This document shows, one piece after another, positions 42,386 to 50,580 of a stretch of DNA of 64,000 bases. The stretch lies in IMG/VR virus record IMGVR_UViG_3300010885_049871, positions 25,551 to 89,550 of that record, one strand, 5' to 3'. Under the pieces are notes generated by a model. That model saw nothing but the letters and a program-made list of their open reading frames with translations, made no database searches and was not told the origin of the DNA. A program made the position numbers and the translations under genes. Within the stretch, counting starts at the first letter, position 1. Each line of letters starts with the position of its first letter. The stretch is from a virus.

Positions 42386-42589
42386 TTACTCTCCTTGTGT
42401 TTGACTGCCCAGGAAATCTTCCTGGGCCTTGGCTTGTGCTACTACAGCTTCTAAAAAGGCAGTGAGTTTGTTATACACTTCGCCTACTTCTTTCATTTCC
42501 GCTGCACGAAATGCACCGCGGGTACTGGCCAGATCTATGATGTTTTTCAACAGACCCAAGTCAGCAATGGTAATTTCTTTATTTTCCAT
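42386..42589 (-). CDS. Small helical hypothetical protein
   Basis: IIDLASTRGAF.A.EM; TAAATA upstream. Confidence 0.65.
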   Translation of the reverse strand: MENKEITIADLGLLKNIIDLASTRGAFRAAEMKEVGEVYNKLTAFLEAVVAQAKAQEDFLGSQTQGE

Positions 42590-42602
42590 ACAGATATTTA
42601 AT

Positions 42603-42636
42603 AAAAAAAACAGCAGTGGGAATGTTTTTCACTGCT
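42603..42636 (-). terminator. Probable intrinsic terminator
   Basis: Minus strand AGCAGTG...CACTGCT then T8. Confidence 0.5.
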
Positions 42637-42661
42637 TATTTGGTCAATTAGAGCAAATTGA

Positions 42662-43474
42662 TCATTGGGATAAAAAGCGTCTCCAGCTGTCATTGGCATC
42701 AACCACAGGTTCTAATCCTTCTACAGCGGCCCACCCAGGCGGAACAGCAACCACACTGAACAATGCACTGTTGTTAAAGATGTTGTCAGTGTTGTTTTTA
42801 AAATTGGCAGGATTGTAATTGCGAATACAACCCCAGTACAAGTGATAGCCAATGTCGGTCAATATGCGGTAGATCTTATCCAGGTGCGGAGACTCCTGTG
42901 CTTCGTAGTAGATCAATGGCAAGTTCTTTTTAATGCTTTCAATACAGCCCTGTATAACACCCAGTTCGGATCCTTCGGCATCAATTTTAATCAGATTTGG
43001 CAGTGGCATGTCAACATCATCCAACCGTGCTGCCTGTGCGCTGACTCCGGACTCTTTGTTGATCAGCATCTCGCCGTAGTTGCCGGCAACTGCGGGATCA
43101 AATGTTTGGATCAAAATGTCGCCAGCCACATTGGTAGCTGCTAGGTTGTGCAAAGTGACATTGGCAAGTCCTTTGGTATTCTGCTTCAGCATGGCAAAGT
43201 TCAACGGATTGGGTTCAAAGCAATGAACTTCAGCACCGGTGCTGGCAAATGCAGTGGCATGAACGCCAATATTGGAACCTACATCATACACCACCACAGG
43301 CTTGTTTTGTATATTATTGATGATGGAAAGTAAAAAATCAATTTCAGACTGACCATATTCACCGTACAATCTTAGACTACGCCCAATTATAGAATCGTTG
43401 GTGTAGTAAGTGAATTTCTTGTGGTAGCGTGTTTCGGTCACTTCTTTCAAAGTGGGTTTGTTGTTTTTCTTCAT
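42662..43474 (-). CDS. FkbM-family SAM-dependent methyltransferase
   Basis: DVGSNIG, FEPNP, IKIDAEG.E. Confidence 0.88.
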   Translation of the reverse strand: MKKNNKPTLKEVTETRYHKKFTYYTNDSIIGRSLRLYGEYGQSEIDFLLSIINNIQNKPVVVYDVGSNIGVHATAFASTGAEVHCFEPNPLNFAMLKQNTKGLANVTLHNLAATNVAGDILIQTFDPAVAGNYGEMLINKESGVSAQAARLDDVDMPLPNLIKIDAEGSELGVIQGCIESIKKNLPLIYYEAQESPHLDKIYRILTDIGYHLYWGCIRNYNPANFKNNTDNIFNNSALFSVVAVPPGWAAVEGLEPVVDANDSWRRFLSQ

Positions 43475-43641
43475 CACACCAACTCCTCCACAATGCCCAA
43501 CACTTCTGCCATAATAAAGCAAATGCCAGCCATTAGTAAATTGCCTGTGATCAAACAGCCACCCGCTACAATGCGTACAGCACTTTTGGCAATGCTGACA
43601 TAAAAATGTCCACGACTAGTGTCTTTAGGTTGGATTTCCAT
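43474..43641 (-). CDS. 55-aa membrane protein
   Basis: Own translation MEIQPKDTSRGHFYVSIAKSAVRIVAGG...AEVLGIVEELV; SD AGGA. Confidence 0.65.
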   Translation of the reverse strand: MEIQPKDTSRGHFYVSIAKSAVRIVAGGCLITGNLLMAGICFIMAEVLGIVEELV

Positions 43642-43702
43642 TGTGTTTCCTGTTGTTGTATTAATTATCTGCTGCGGAGCACAGCCCGCAGATTTATTGC
43701 AG

Positions 43703-43942
43703 TCATGACCGTAGTCGTAACTCTTTATACTTGACTCTAAGATATTGATACACTACGCCGTCAACCCGTAGCGGAAGGTCCAGATGCACACTGACCATTG
43801 GACCTTCGATCTCGTTGCGCATGACATCACTGCCCACAGTGCCCACCCAGGGAATCTTTTTAAATAGGCCTTCTACACGGTCGCCAATGTGATATCGTGC
43901 AGTAGGCCTGTGTTCAGCAAAGTATTCGGCCAGCGTCGCCAT
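43703..43942 (-). CDS. Hypothetical protein (SH3-like)
   Basis: Y.IGDRV.G motif. Confidence 0.55.
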   Translation of the reverse strand: MATLAEYFAEHRPTARYHIGDRVEGLFKKIPWVGTVGSDVMRNEIEGPMVSVHLDLPLRVDGVVYQYLRVKYKELRLRS

Positions 43943-44169
43943 TACACAATCCGGCCGGTCACAGCATAGATCAAATCATCCAACAGGCGTTGGTAGTCTT
44001 TTCCATTGCGTCGAAGCTGCCAGATTTGTTGTACTAATTCGTTACTGTCATATGGCCCAGTGCTGGAAGGTAATTCTCCGCGTTCTTCTAATTCTTCAAT
44101 CAGATCATCAGTGTCGAAGTCGTGCAAGTCAACATCAACTTCAACTTCTTTGTAAACTGTTTTGTACAT
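43942..44169 (-). CDS. Hypothetical protein
   Basis: EVDVDL.DFDTDDLIEELE.R. Confidence 0.6.
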   Translation of the reverse strand: MYKTVYKEVEVDVDLHDFDTDDLIEELEERGELPSSTGPYDSNELVQQIWQLRRNGKDYQRLLDDLIYAVTGRIV

Positions 44170-44178
44170 GGCCGATCC

Positions 44179-44319
44179 TTACTTGTTCACTAACGATTCT
44201 CTACATTCCATCAACAAATCTCTCACTGCAACATGGTTAGCAAGTTCAGGATTAAACAGTCCACCCATTGCTAGGTACGCTGTAATCCTGTTGACCAGGT
44301 CCTGAACTTGCTGGTCCAT
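44179..44319 (-). CDS. 46-aa hypothetical protein
   Basis: Own translation MDQQVQDLVNRITAYLAMGGLFNPELANH... Confidence 0.6.
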   Translation of the reverse strand: MDQQVQDLVNRITAYLAMGGLFNPELANHVAVRDLLMECRESLVNK

Positions 44320-44320
44320 A

Positions 44321-44440
44321 TTACTTGTTCATCATGAGTGCGTTGAAGTTTGAAGGAACAACAATGGTCTGCACACGACCCAACTTGATACCTTCAGATA
44401 GACCAGCCTGTTCAGCAAGTTTTAGAATTCGTTCGTTCAT
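44321..44440 (-). CDS. 39-aa chimeric ORF (MNERI-family head fused to an unrelated tail)
   Basis: MNERILKLAEQAGLSEGIKLGRVQTIVVPSNFNALMMNK. Confidence 0.5.
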   Translation of the reverse strand: MNERILKLAEQAGLSEGIKLGRVQTIVVPSNFNALMMNK

Positions 44441-44679
44441 TCTTCAACTCCGAAATGTTGTGCTATCTCGTTAGCAACCCACTTTACGCCTTGATACCAA
44501 TCTTCGCTGACATCGGGAGCGTGGGCACATTGGTTGATACATTCCCGCACAATCAACTCGGCGAACTTTTTATAGGCTGCTTCAGATTCTTCGGCCGACA
44601 TGGCTCGCGGCCACGGCGTACCGTTAAGGTCCACATACAGGCCTGCCTTGACAGCAAGTTGTTTAATTTGTTCGTTCAT
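44437..44679 (-). CDS. MNE(R/Q)I...FAELIVREC...HFGVEE family small protein
   Basis: Tandem paralog of 44676-44891. Confidence 0.7.
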   Translation of the reverse strand: MNEQIKQLAVKAGLYVDLNGTPWPRAMSAEESEAAYKKFAELIVRECINQCAHAPDVSEDWYQGVKWVANEIAQHFGVEE

Positions 44680-44891
44680 TCTTCAACTCCAAAATGTGCT
44701 TTTATAACCTTGCCGATTTCGTAATCATCGTCAGCAGTTAACCCAACCTCGCGTCTAAAATCAATATCAGCACATTCCCGCACAATCAACTCCGCGAACC
44801 TTTTACACTCTGGCATATCCCAGTGTCCAATGCCGAACATATCTGTTGTGTATCCGGCTTGTTCGGCAAGTTCTTTAATTCGTTCGTTCAT
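44676..44891 (-). CDS. MNE(R/Q)I...FAELIVREC...HFGVEE family small protein
   Basis: Tandem paralog of 44437-44679. Confidence 0.7.
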   Translation of the reverse strand: MNERIKELAEQAGYTTDMFGIGHWDMPECKRFAELIVRECADIDFRREVGLTADDDYEIGKVIKAHFGVEE

Positions 44892-45316
44892 TTCGTAATC
44901 TCTAGCCGGGTCAGTGCTGAATCAAACTTTTTGTCTGCTGTCCAGCCTGCAAGATAACTGTTGTCCTTGTCAAATTGTTGTAAAAATTCAGCTTCAGTAA
45001 TTACTCTATGTGATACAATCTGCTCACCCAGGCACTCTTGGCTGAACTCTGCGGCCTGTTCCATTGTAACAGTGTCCAGGGCCCATGATTCGGGAGAATC
45101 TTCTGCCAGTTCCACAGCATAACGCATGCGGTATGATACTAGTGCATCAACCAGCACAATTTTGGTCTTGGGCTTCTTGCTCATGGTCCACGATCCATCT
45201 TCATTATCCTTCCACACAATGGTGTCGCCAGTTTTCCAACCAACTGACTGCAACAGTTCGTCGCTGAGTGGCAGAATCAAATCGCCGTTTTCATCCTGTT
45301 CTAGTCGTACAATCAT
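44888..45316 (-). CDS. Protein with N-terminal AbrB/MazE-like domain
   Basis: GDLILPL..ELL..GWK.GD.I.W. Confidence 0.55.
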   Translation of the reverse strand: MIVRLEQDENGDLILPLSDELLQSVGWKTGDTIVWKDNEDGSWTMSKKPKTKIVLVDALVSYRMRYAVELAEDSPESWALDTVTMEQAAEFSQECLGEQIVSHRVITEAEFLQQFDKDNSYLAGWTADKKFDSALTRLEITK

Positions 45317-46590
45317 TTCTTTTTCTCCTCATCGTAATAGGCATGCTGTCCCCAAGGTGGCTCAATAGTTGTGGTACCATGCAAGATCCACACAGTGTCT
45401 GCATAGTTCTCGTCACCCCACGATCCGTAAGGGTAACCGTCTGTGAACACCACCAGTCGCTTGGGTTCAATATCGTTCTCTTTAAGATAATTAAACACAC
45501 AATCAAAGTCTGTGCCACCACCGCCCTTGATCTGGTATTCAGTGATGTCTTCTAAATTTTCTGAATCGTATTGCTGTGGATTGTATACTTCGGTATCAAA
45601 ACTTGCAACATGGATACGATATGCAGGAAATGATTCCATGATGCCGGCTGTTTCGCTCAGGATGTCTTTGAGCATGTCCTCGCCCATTGAACCCGAAGCG
45701 TCAATGAACAGTGCAATATCAATCATGGGATCCAGTTTCATGCCCGGCATCACTGCATCCATGTGCCAGCCTTTACGACTTGCTCGCAGCCAAGTGTAGT
45801 CACTTTTGATAGTGCTCTCCAATTGCATACGCAACAGTTCACGCCAGTTCATCTGCGGCTCGGTGAGATCACGAATAATACGCTGTACACCTGCGGGCAA
45901 ATTGCCAGCACCTTCGGCATCTGCTGCCACAGCAGACAACATGGCTTCTTTGATTTCGTCTTTGATTTGTCGACGGTCTTCTTCGCTGAGTTTGGGGCGG
46001 CCCTTGCCATCTTTACCGTCACTGTCGCTATCGCCTTCACCATCCAAGTGCTCGTCGATAAGTTTATCCAGCAGTGAACTGATGTCGATCTTGTCGGCGT
46101 TTTTGTACAGGATGTCGTACACTTCTTCGGCACTCATGCCTTCGTATTTTTTGTCGTACAAGCAAGGTACACTGGTAATGAACTCGCCGACATTGTGTTT
46201 TTTCAAGTCGCCGTTTACGCAAAAGTCATCTGCAATGTTCCACAGTTGTGGATCTCTATCACCACGACGACCAAAGTGATCATATACACAATGCAACACT
46301 TCGTGTCCAAACAAGAATTCAACTTCTTTGGGGCGAAGCATTTTGATAAAGCGGCTGTTGTAATAGAAATTACGGCCGTCTGTTGCGGCAGTAGGGCACC
46401 ATTCGTCGGCATTGACCAGTGTAAGACGAGTTGCCATGTTGCCAAAGAAACTGGCCTTGAGCAACAGTCCAACCCGTGCAGTGATCAAAATCTCACGAAC
46501 TTCACGATCAATTTTAGGCTCAGTTGGGCCAATGAGATCTTTAAACTTGTCGTTTTCTTTGCTGTCTGCTGTGGTACCTGCTTTGCTCAT
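45313..46590 (-). CDS. vWA-domain plus metallopeptidase-like protein (DUF2201-type)
   Basis: TAATDG, HEVLH, MIDAS DASGS, GGGGTDF, FTDG. Confidence 0.85.
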   Translation of the reverse strand: MSKAGTTADSKENDKFKDLIGPTEPKIDREVREILITARVGLLLKASFFGNMATRLTLVNADEWCPTAATDGRNFYYNSRFIKMLRPKEVEFLFGHEVLHCVYDHFGRRGDRDPQLWNIADDFCVNGDLKKHNVGEFITSVPCLYDKKYEGMSAEEVYDILYKNADKIDISSLLDKLIDEHLDGEGDSDSDGKDGKGRPKLSEEDRRQIKDEIKEAMLSAVAADAEGAGNLPAGVQRIIRDLTEPQMNWRELLRMQLESTIKSDYTWLRASRKGWHMDAVMPGMKLDPMIDIALFIDASGSMGEDMLKDILSETAGIMESFPAYRIHVASFDTEVYNPQQYDSENLEDITEYQIKGGGGTDFDCVFNYLKENDIEPKRLVVFTDGYPYGSWGDENYADTVWILHGTTTIEPPWGQHAYYDEEKKK

Positions 46591-46617
46591 GGTGTTCCTT
46601 TGTTGCGTTATGTATAT

Positions 46618-46646
46618 ATTATAGCAGAAATTGAATTAATGGTCAA
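46618..46646 (-). promoter_or_regulatory. Sigma70-type early promoter
   Basis: TTGACC-17 nt-TATAAT. Confidence 0.75.
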
Positions 46647-46647
46647 A

Positions 46648-46980
46648 TCAGCTATTGTTCTGACGTTTGCGGTTCAAGTACTTTAACTGGAACCAAGAGT
46701 GCGCAGCCTCTGTAAAAAAATCCAAGTGTACCTGCGGACTATAGTGATGCCGTTTTTCTACAGAGACTAGCTCAGGATATATTACTGCGGCGCCTGAGAT
46801 TGGTGCATAGTATGCTTCTAGTCCTTGATGATCACGAGCAGTAAATCCCAACTCACGCCGCATTATGTGCCGCATGCGAATTGTGTTGCCATAAGTCTGA
46901 GTCAATTTATCTAGAATTTCCATCCAGTCAGCAGGATCATGAAATACCACAAGATTCTTTTTTACAGTTACCTGTCCCAC
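46648..46980 (-). CDS. Hypothetical protein (C-terminal WFxLKY)
   Basis: RRELGFT.R.H; VHLDFF.E...SWFQLKY. Confidence 0.6.
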   Translation of the reverse strand: MGQVTVKKNLVVFHDPADWMEILDKLTQTYGNTIRMRHIMRRELGFTARDHQGLEAYYAPISGAAVIYPELVSVEKRHHYSPQVHLDFFTEAAHSWFQLKYLNRKRQNNS

Positions 46981-47300
46981 TATTCAGTGCCCGAATGTGC
47001 CAGTTGGAAAAATGCCAGTTCTTGATCGCCTTTCAAGTAGATGCGATAGTCTTTGTACACAGCCGAATATGCCCAGTACTGGTTGATATCACCTTCTTGT
47101 AACACTATATTACTGTTCTTGATCGCACTGCGAGTTTCCACATCCTGGCTCCAGCCCCAGGTGCGATTCATCCAACGTCTAGCACGGTCAAAGTCCAACA
47201 CGCCGGTGCCTTGCCAGTTAGGTTTGGAAAATCTCAGCATGTAATTGAAACTGGCACTGTGGCTGAAACGCCGGTCCATATCGGTCACTTGGTATTTCAT
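46980..47300 (-). CDS. Hypothetical protein
   Basis: Ends RIYLKGDQELAFFQL. Confidence 0.6.
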   Translation of the reverse strand: MKYQVTDMDRRFSHSASFNYMLRFSKPNWQGTGVLDFDRARRWMNRTWGWSQDVETRSAIKNSNIVLQEGDINQYWAYSAVYKDYRIYLKGDQELAFFQLAHSGTE

Positions 47301-47539
47301 TTGTAACTGCTTCTCTGCAACATGTAGGGTTTATTAACTTCGTAGTATCGCTTAAAAATATTTTCGTAGTCCTGCCAGTTACAATGTGCCCATTGTTCTT
47401 TATAGTCGATTCGGGTCGACTGTAATCTTGACCAAAATAGTTTTTTATTGTGCCCAGTCACTTGCGATCGTGCCTTGGATTCAACATCGTAATATCTCAA
47501 AATCTCGCCAGATTTTTCAGAATAAACTACCCATCCCAT
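47297..47539 (-). CDS. Hypothetical protein
   Basis: 80 aa ORF coupled to the next gene. Confidence 0.5.
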   Translation of the reverse strand: MGWVVYSEKSGEILRYYDVESKARSQVTGHNKKLFWSRLQSTRIDYKEQWAHCNWQDYENIFKRYYEVNKPYMLQRSSYK

Positions 47540-47542
47540 GCT

Positions 47543-47614
47543 CTAATCCTTGTGATAAAAATTGGGACTGCTGTGACTGAACCGGCAATCCATATCGGTT
47601 ACATGGTATTTCAT
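47543..47614 (-). pseudogene. Truncated duplicate of the 5' end of 46980-47300
   Basis: MKYHVTDMDCRFSHS vs MKYQVTDMDRRFSHS. Confidence 0.7.
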
Positions 47615-47622
47615 AATGACCT

Positions 47623-48018
47623 TTATAATTTACAGGTATTTAAAAGGTATATGGCAAAGTTATGCAATTGCGGGGCAAATCTTATTTTGAATGTATATGT
47701 GCCAGGCCAAGCCATATAACCGTATGTACCGGCCTGATGGCAGTTTGTACTATCTGTTACATATAAGCCACATTGATCAATATCATTTATTTTCACTCCG
47801 TTGGCCTGGAGATTACCTACCACAATATGACTCTGACTATCTTCGGGTTTGGTCATGCTGACAGAAACACGCAATTGGGTGCGAGGATTGTACTCAATTT
47901 CGTGCCAATTCAATCCATCCGCAGTCCAGGTCCTGTTGGCCGGGGCTACAGTGTAAGAGATCGGACCGTTGGTGTCATTGACTTGAACGGATAGCAAAAA
48001 CTTTATGTTTGGTTTCAT
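47623..48018 (-). CDS. Hypothetical small beta-rich protein
   Basis: HI.V..L..NG..I motif shared with 49506-49916. Confidence 0.5.
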   Translation of the reverse strand: MKPNIKFLLSVQVNDTNGPISYTVAPANRTWTADGLNWHEIEYNPRTQLRVSVSMTKPEDSQSHIVVGNLQANGVKINDIDQCGLYVTDSTNCHQAGTYGYMAWPGTYTFKIRFAPQLHNFAIYLLNTCKL

Positions 48019-49495
48019 TATAAATTTTATCTAAACTTTCAATTTCTTTATGGTATTTTTGCAACGGCATTCCGGGCTGGAACGAGTATCCTAGGTCTTG
48101 GGCCAACGTTATCAACTCTTTGAACCGTCGAGATCTTGCTGGATAATCGTTGTCTACATATCGAGTACTGGTCCAAAACTTGTTGTTATGATTACTATGA
48201 TTGTGTTCAATACCGTATTTTTGTGCTATCTCGGAGTCTAGCAATAACGGGCTATTGTTTAGTAACGCAAATGTGGGAGTGATTCCTATAAGTATTCTTT
48301 TGTTCACTGCCAGTGATGCATAATTGATCAACAACTGTTTGGTATCTTTAAAATCTTTTTCGGTCTCGGTTGGGTAGCCAACCATTAATAACCAACTTTG
48401 CACTATGTTGTATTTGTGCAAGGCCCTGACACTCCAATCCAGATCATCATTGTTGAACTTTTTTTTCATATCAAATCTGATTTTTTCACTACCCGACTCA
48501 ACTCCAACACCCCATTGATTGCATCCGGCATCGGCCGCAAGTTTAAAATCTTTGTCAGGCATTTCATCTTTGCCTCTAAAAATAGCATAACCTGAATAAT
48601 TGATAGTTTGCGGTATAGTATCAACCAACACTTCATTCATTTTTCTGTAGTTGCTGATGCTGCCGTTGATCAAATTATCAGTAAACAAAAACTTCTTGAT
48701 TCCAGTGTTTTGGTAATTATGGATGATTTCATTTGCAACTTTAACAGGATCGCGATAGATAAAATCTGGCCAAAAACTACCAACATCACAAAATGTACAT
48801 TGCCTAACACAGCCTTTGCTACCGGTGATAGCCATATAAGGTTCACTGTTTTGATCCTGTTGGTCACGGTATTGACTCAGCGGTTGATAGAACGACAAAT
48901 CATATTGATCCCACGCCGGCACAGGAATATCGTCAAGATCCTGTTTGGTCTGGGGAGCAGAAAAAATCAATCCTGTCTTGCTGTGTTTTAAACTTTCAAT
49001 AATTTCTTTTTCTGCGTCACCTACAATTATCAAATCAGCTATTTGATTAGAAATCCAAATATTATAGTGCTTGACATTGTCGGTGTGGGACACCTCCAGA
49101 CCTTTGCCGCCTGCTATTATCTTAGTCTCGGGCCAATACTTGCGTAACATATAACTCATCAGCATGCCATAATCCAGGCTTTCGGATGTGAAGATGCTGA
49201 GACCTATGTATTCGGGCCGATATTGTTCATGAACTTGTTTGAGAAAATGTTTAGTAAATTTATAAACTTTCTTAAACATTCTCCGACTCAGTGCAGATTT
49301 TATTAGATGACCCAACACCAGTAAATTTTTAAATGCAATAAATTCTGGATCATCGGCCAACTGTGCAAGAAACTTGGCTGAAAAGTCAATGCCAATACTG
49401 TTAATACCAGCCTGATTTAAGCAAGCACTCAACAGGACCGGCGCCACCATTGGATAAGGTTCGCAGTATGGAACAGATAATATTACTACTTTCAT
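47975..49495 (-). CDS. B12-binding (class B) radical SAM protein
   Basis: N-terminal cobalamin-binding-like domain; SKGCVRQCTFC; GVESGS; VGYPTET. Confidence 0.85.
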   Translation of the reverse strand: MKVVILSVPYCEPYPMVAPVLLSACLNQAGINSIGIDFSAKFLAQLADDPEFIAFKNLLVLGHLIKSALSRRMFKKVYKFTKHFLKQVHEQYRPEYIGLSIFTSESLDYGMLMSYMLRKYWPETKIIAGGKGLEVSHTDNVKHYNIWISNQIADLIIVGDAEKEIIESLKHSKTGLIFSAPQTKQDLDDIPVPAWDQYDLSFYQPLSQYRDQQDQNSEPYMAITGSKGCVRQCTFCDVGSFWPDFIYRDPVKVANEIIHNYQNTGIKKFLFTDNLINGSISNYRKMNEVLVDTIPQTINYSGYAIFRGKDEMPDKDFKLAADAGCNQWGVGVESGSEKIRFDMKKKFNNDDLDWSVRALHKYNIVQSWLLMVGYPTETEKDFKDTKQLLINYASLAVNKRILIGITPTFALLNNSPLLLDSEIAQKYGIEHNHSNHNNKFWTSTRYVDNDYPARSRRFKELITLAQDLGYSFQPGMPLQKYHKEIESLDKIYNETKHKVFAIRSSQ

Positions 49496-49505
49496 TTGAA
49501 ACTTT

Positions 49506-49916
49506 TTACCACAATTGTTTGTTGTTGATGATCCAGATCACAGGATCATCTTGGTCAATGGCCAGTCGAACAGTTCCGTTATAGTTCCAAAATACAGAAT
49601 GCTCAGTGCTGGTCATCACTGTTGAATCAAGTTTGTAACCGTCAATATGAAATCCATTCACTGTTAGAGATAACAAACAAATATGTTTGTTTTCACTAAT
49701 ATTACCTTGAGCATCACACACAGTGTCTTGATGTTGTCTGTTAGACAAGACAAAATCCAAATATCCGGCAGTATTTATTTTTAAACTAATCTGATGTCTA
49801 CCATTGTCAAAATTTTTGCCAGAATACAACACCTGGTTGTTTGACTCAATTTGCATGGCCATCGACGAATCATTTGCTCGTTCAATGTTGAATACCAAGT
49901 CAATGTCGGTCAACAT
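49506..49916 (-). CDS. Hypothetical small beta-rich protein
   Basis: DT..D..GNI...KHI.L..L.VNG; start at MLTDID. Confidence 0.55.
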   Translation of the reverse strand: MLTDIDLVFNIERANDSSMAMQIESNNQVLYSGKNFDNGRHQISLKINTAGYLDFVLSNRQHQDTVCDAQGNISENKHICLLSLTVNGFHIDGYKLDSTVMTSTEHSVFWNYNGTVRLAIDQDDPVIWIINNKQLW

Positions 49917-50523
49917 GGAAAAAATCTGGGTTTGATATAAAAAAATCTTGTACCTGCTCAAACTTCTGATGAAATTTTATTTGGAACACTTCTCGTTGAC
50001 CTCGATTGACTACGCCGTGGACAACATCGGTATTGATCAACCAGGTGTCGCCTGGAATGGTTTGATACCTTTGTTGTACCAGACCTGACTCGATAAATGT
50101 AAACGATTCGGTACTGTCTGAAGAAATAATATGATTAATATTGCAACTACCTAGATTTTTTTCTTGATCTGTTTTCCCGTCAATATGTGCATCAATGTTA
50201 TCAAAATGCAATGTGTAAGTGAAGTTGACAAAGTTAAGTTGACTCTTCAACAACTTTTGCCTGATATCTTTACACCACGGAACAGTGGTTTCCAACAACG
50301 GTCCAGTCCAAGTATACCACGGAGAATTATTGGTCAGACTATGATTGACTATCACACTACCGTGGCAACCGATATTAAAAATTTTAGCATCATACGCCGG
50401 CTCCCAAACCATACTGTTGTTAAAATAACCTTGATCTACTTTTGAAAAGAGATACCCAGCGACCGATTGTAATCGACTCCAATCGTGATTTTTTATTAAC
50501 GAACTTGAGATTTGGTATAACAT
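49900..50523 (-). CDS. 2OG-Fe(II)/cupin oxygenase-like protein
   Basis: AHID ... WLINT...HGV.N...R. Confidence 0.55.
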   Translation of the reverse strand: MLYQISSSLIKNHDWSRLQSVAGYLFSKVDQGYFNNSMVWEPAYDAKIFNIGCHGSVIVNHSLTNNSPWYTWTGPLLETTVPWCKDIRQKLLKSQLNFVNFTYTLHFDNIDAHIDGKTDQEKNLGSCNINHIISSDSTESFTFIESGLVQQRYQTIPGDTWLINTDVVHGVVNRGQREVFQIKFHQKFEQVQDFFISNPDFFHVDRH

Positions 50524-50580
50524 TTACAAAGGTAGAGCCAGTTGGGCTGAGTATTTAGTACACTACTCAGCCCATTCAAT

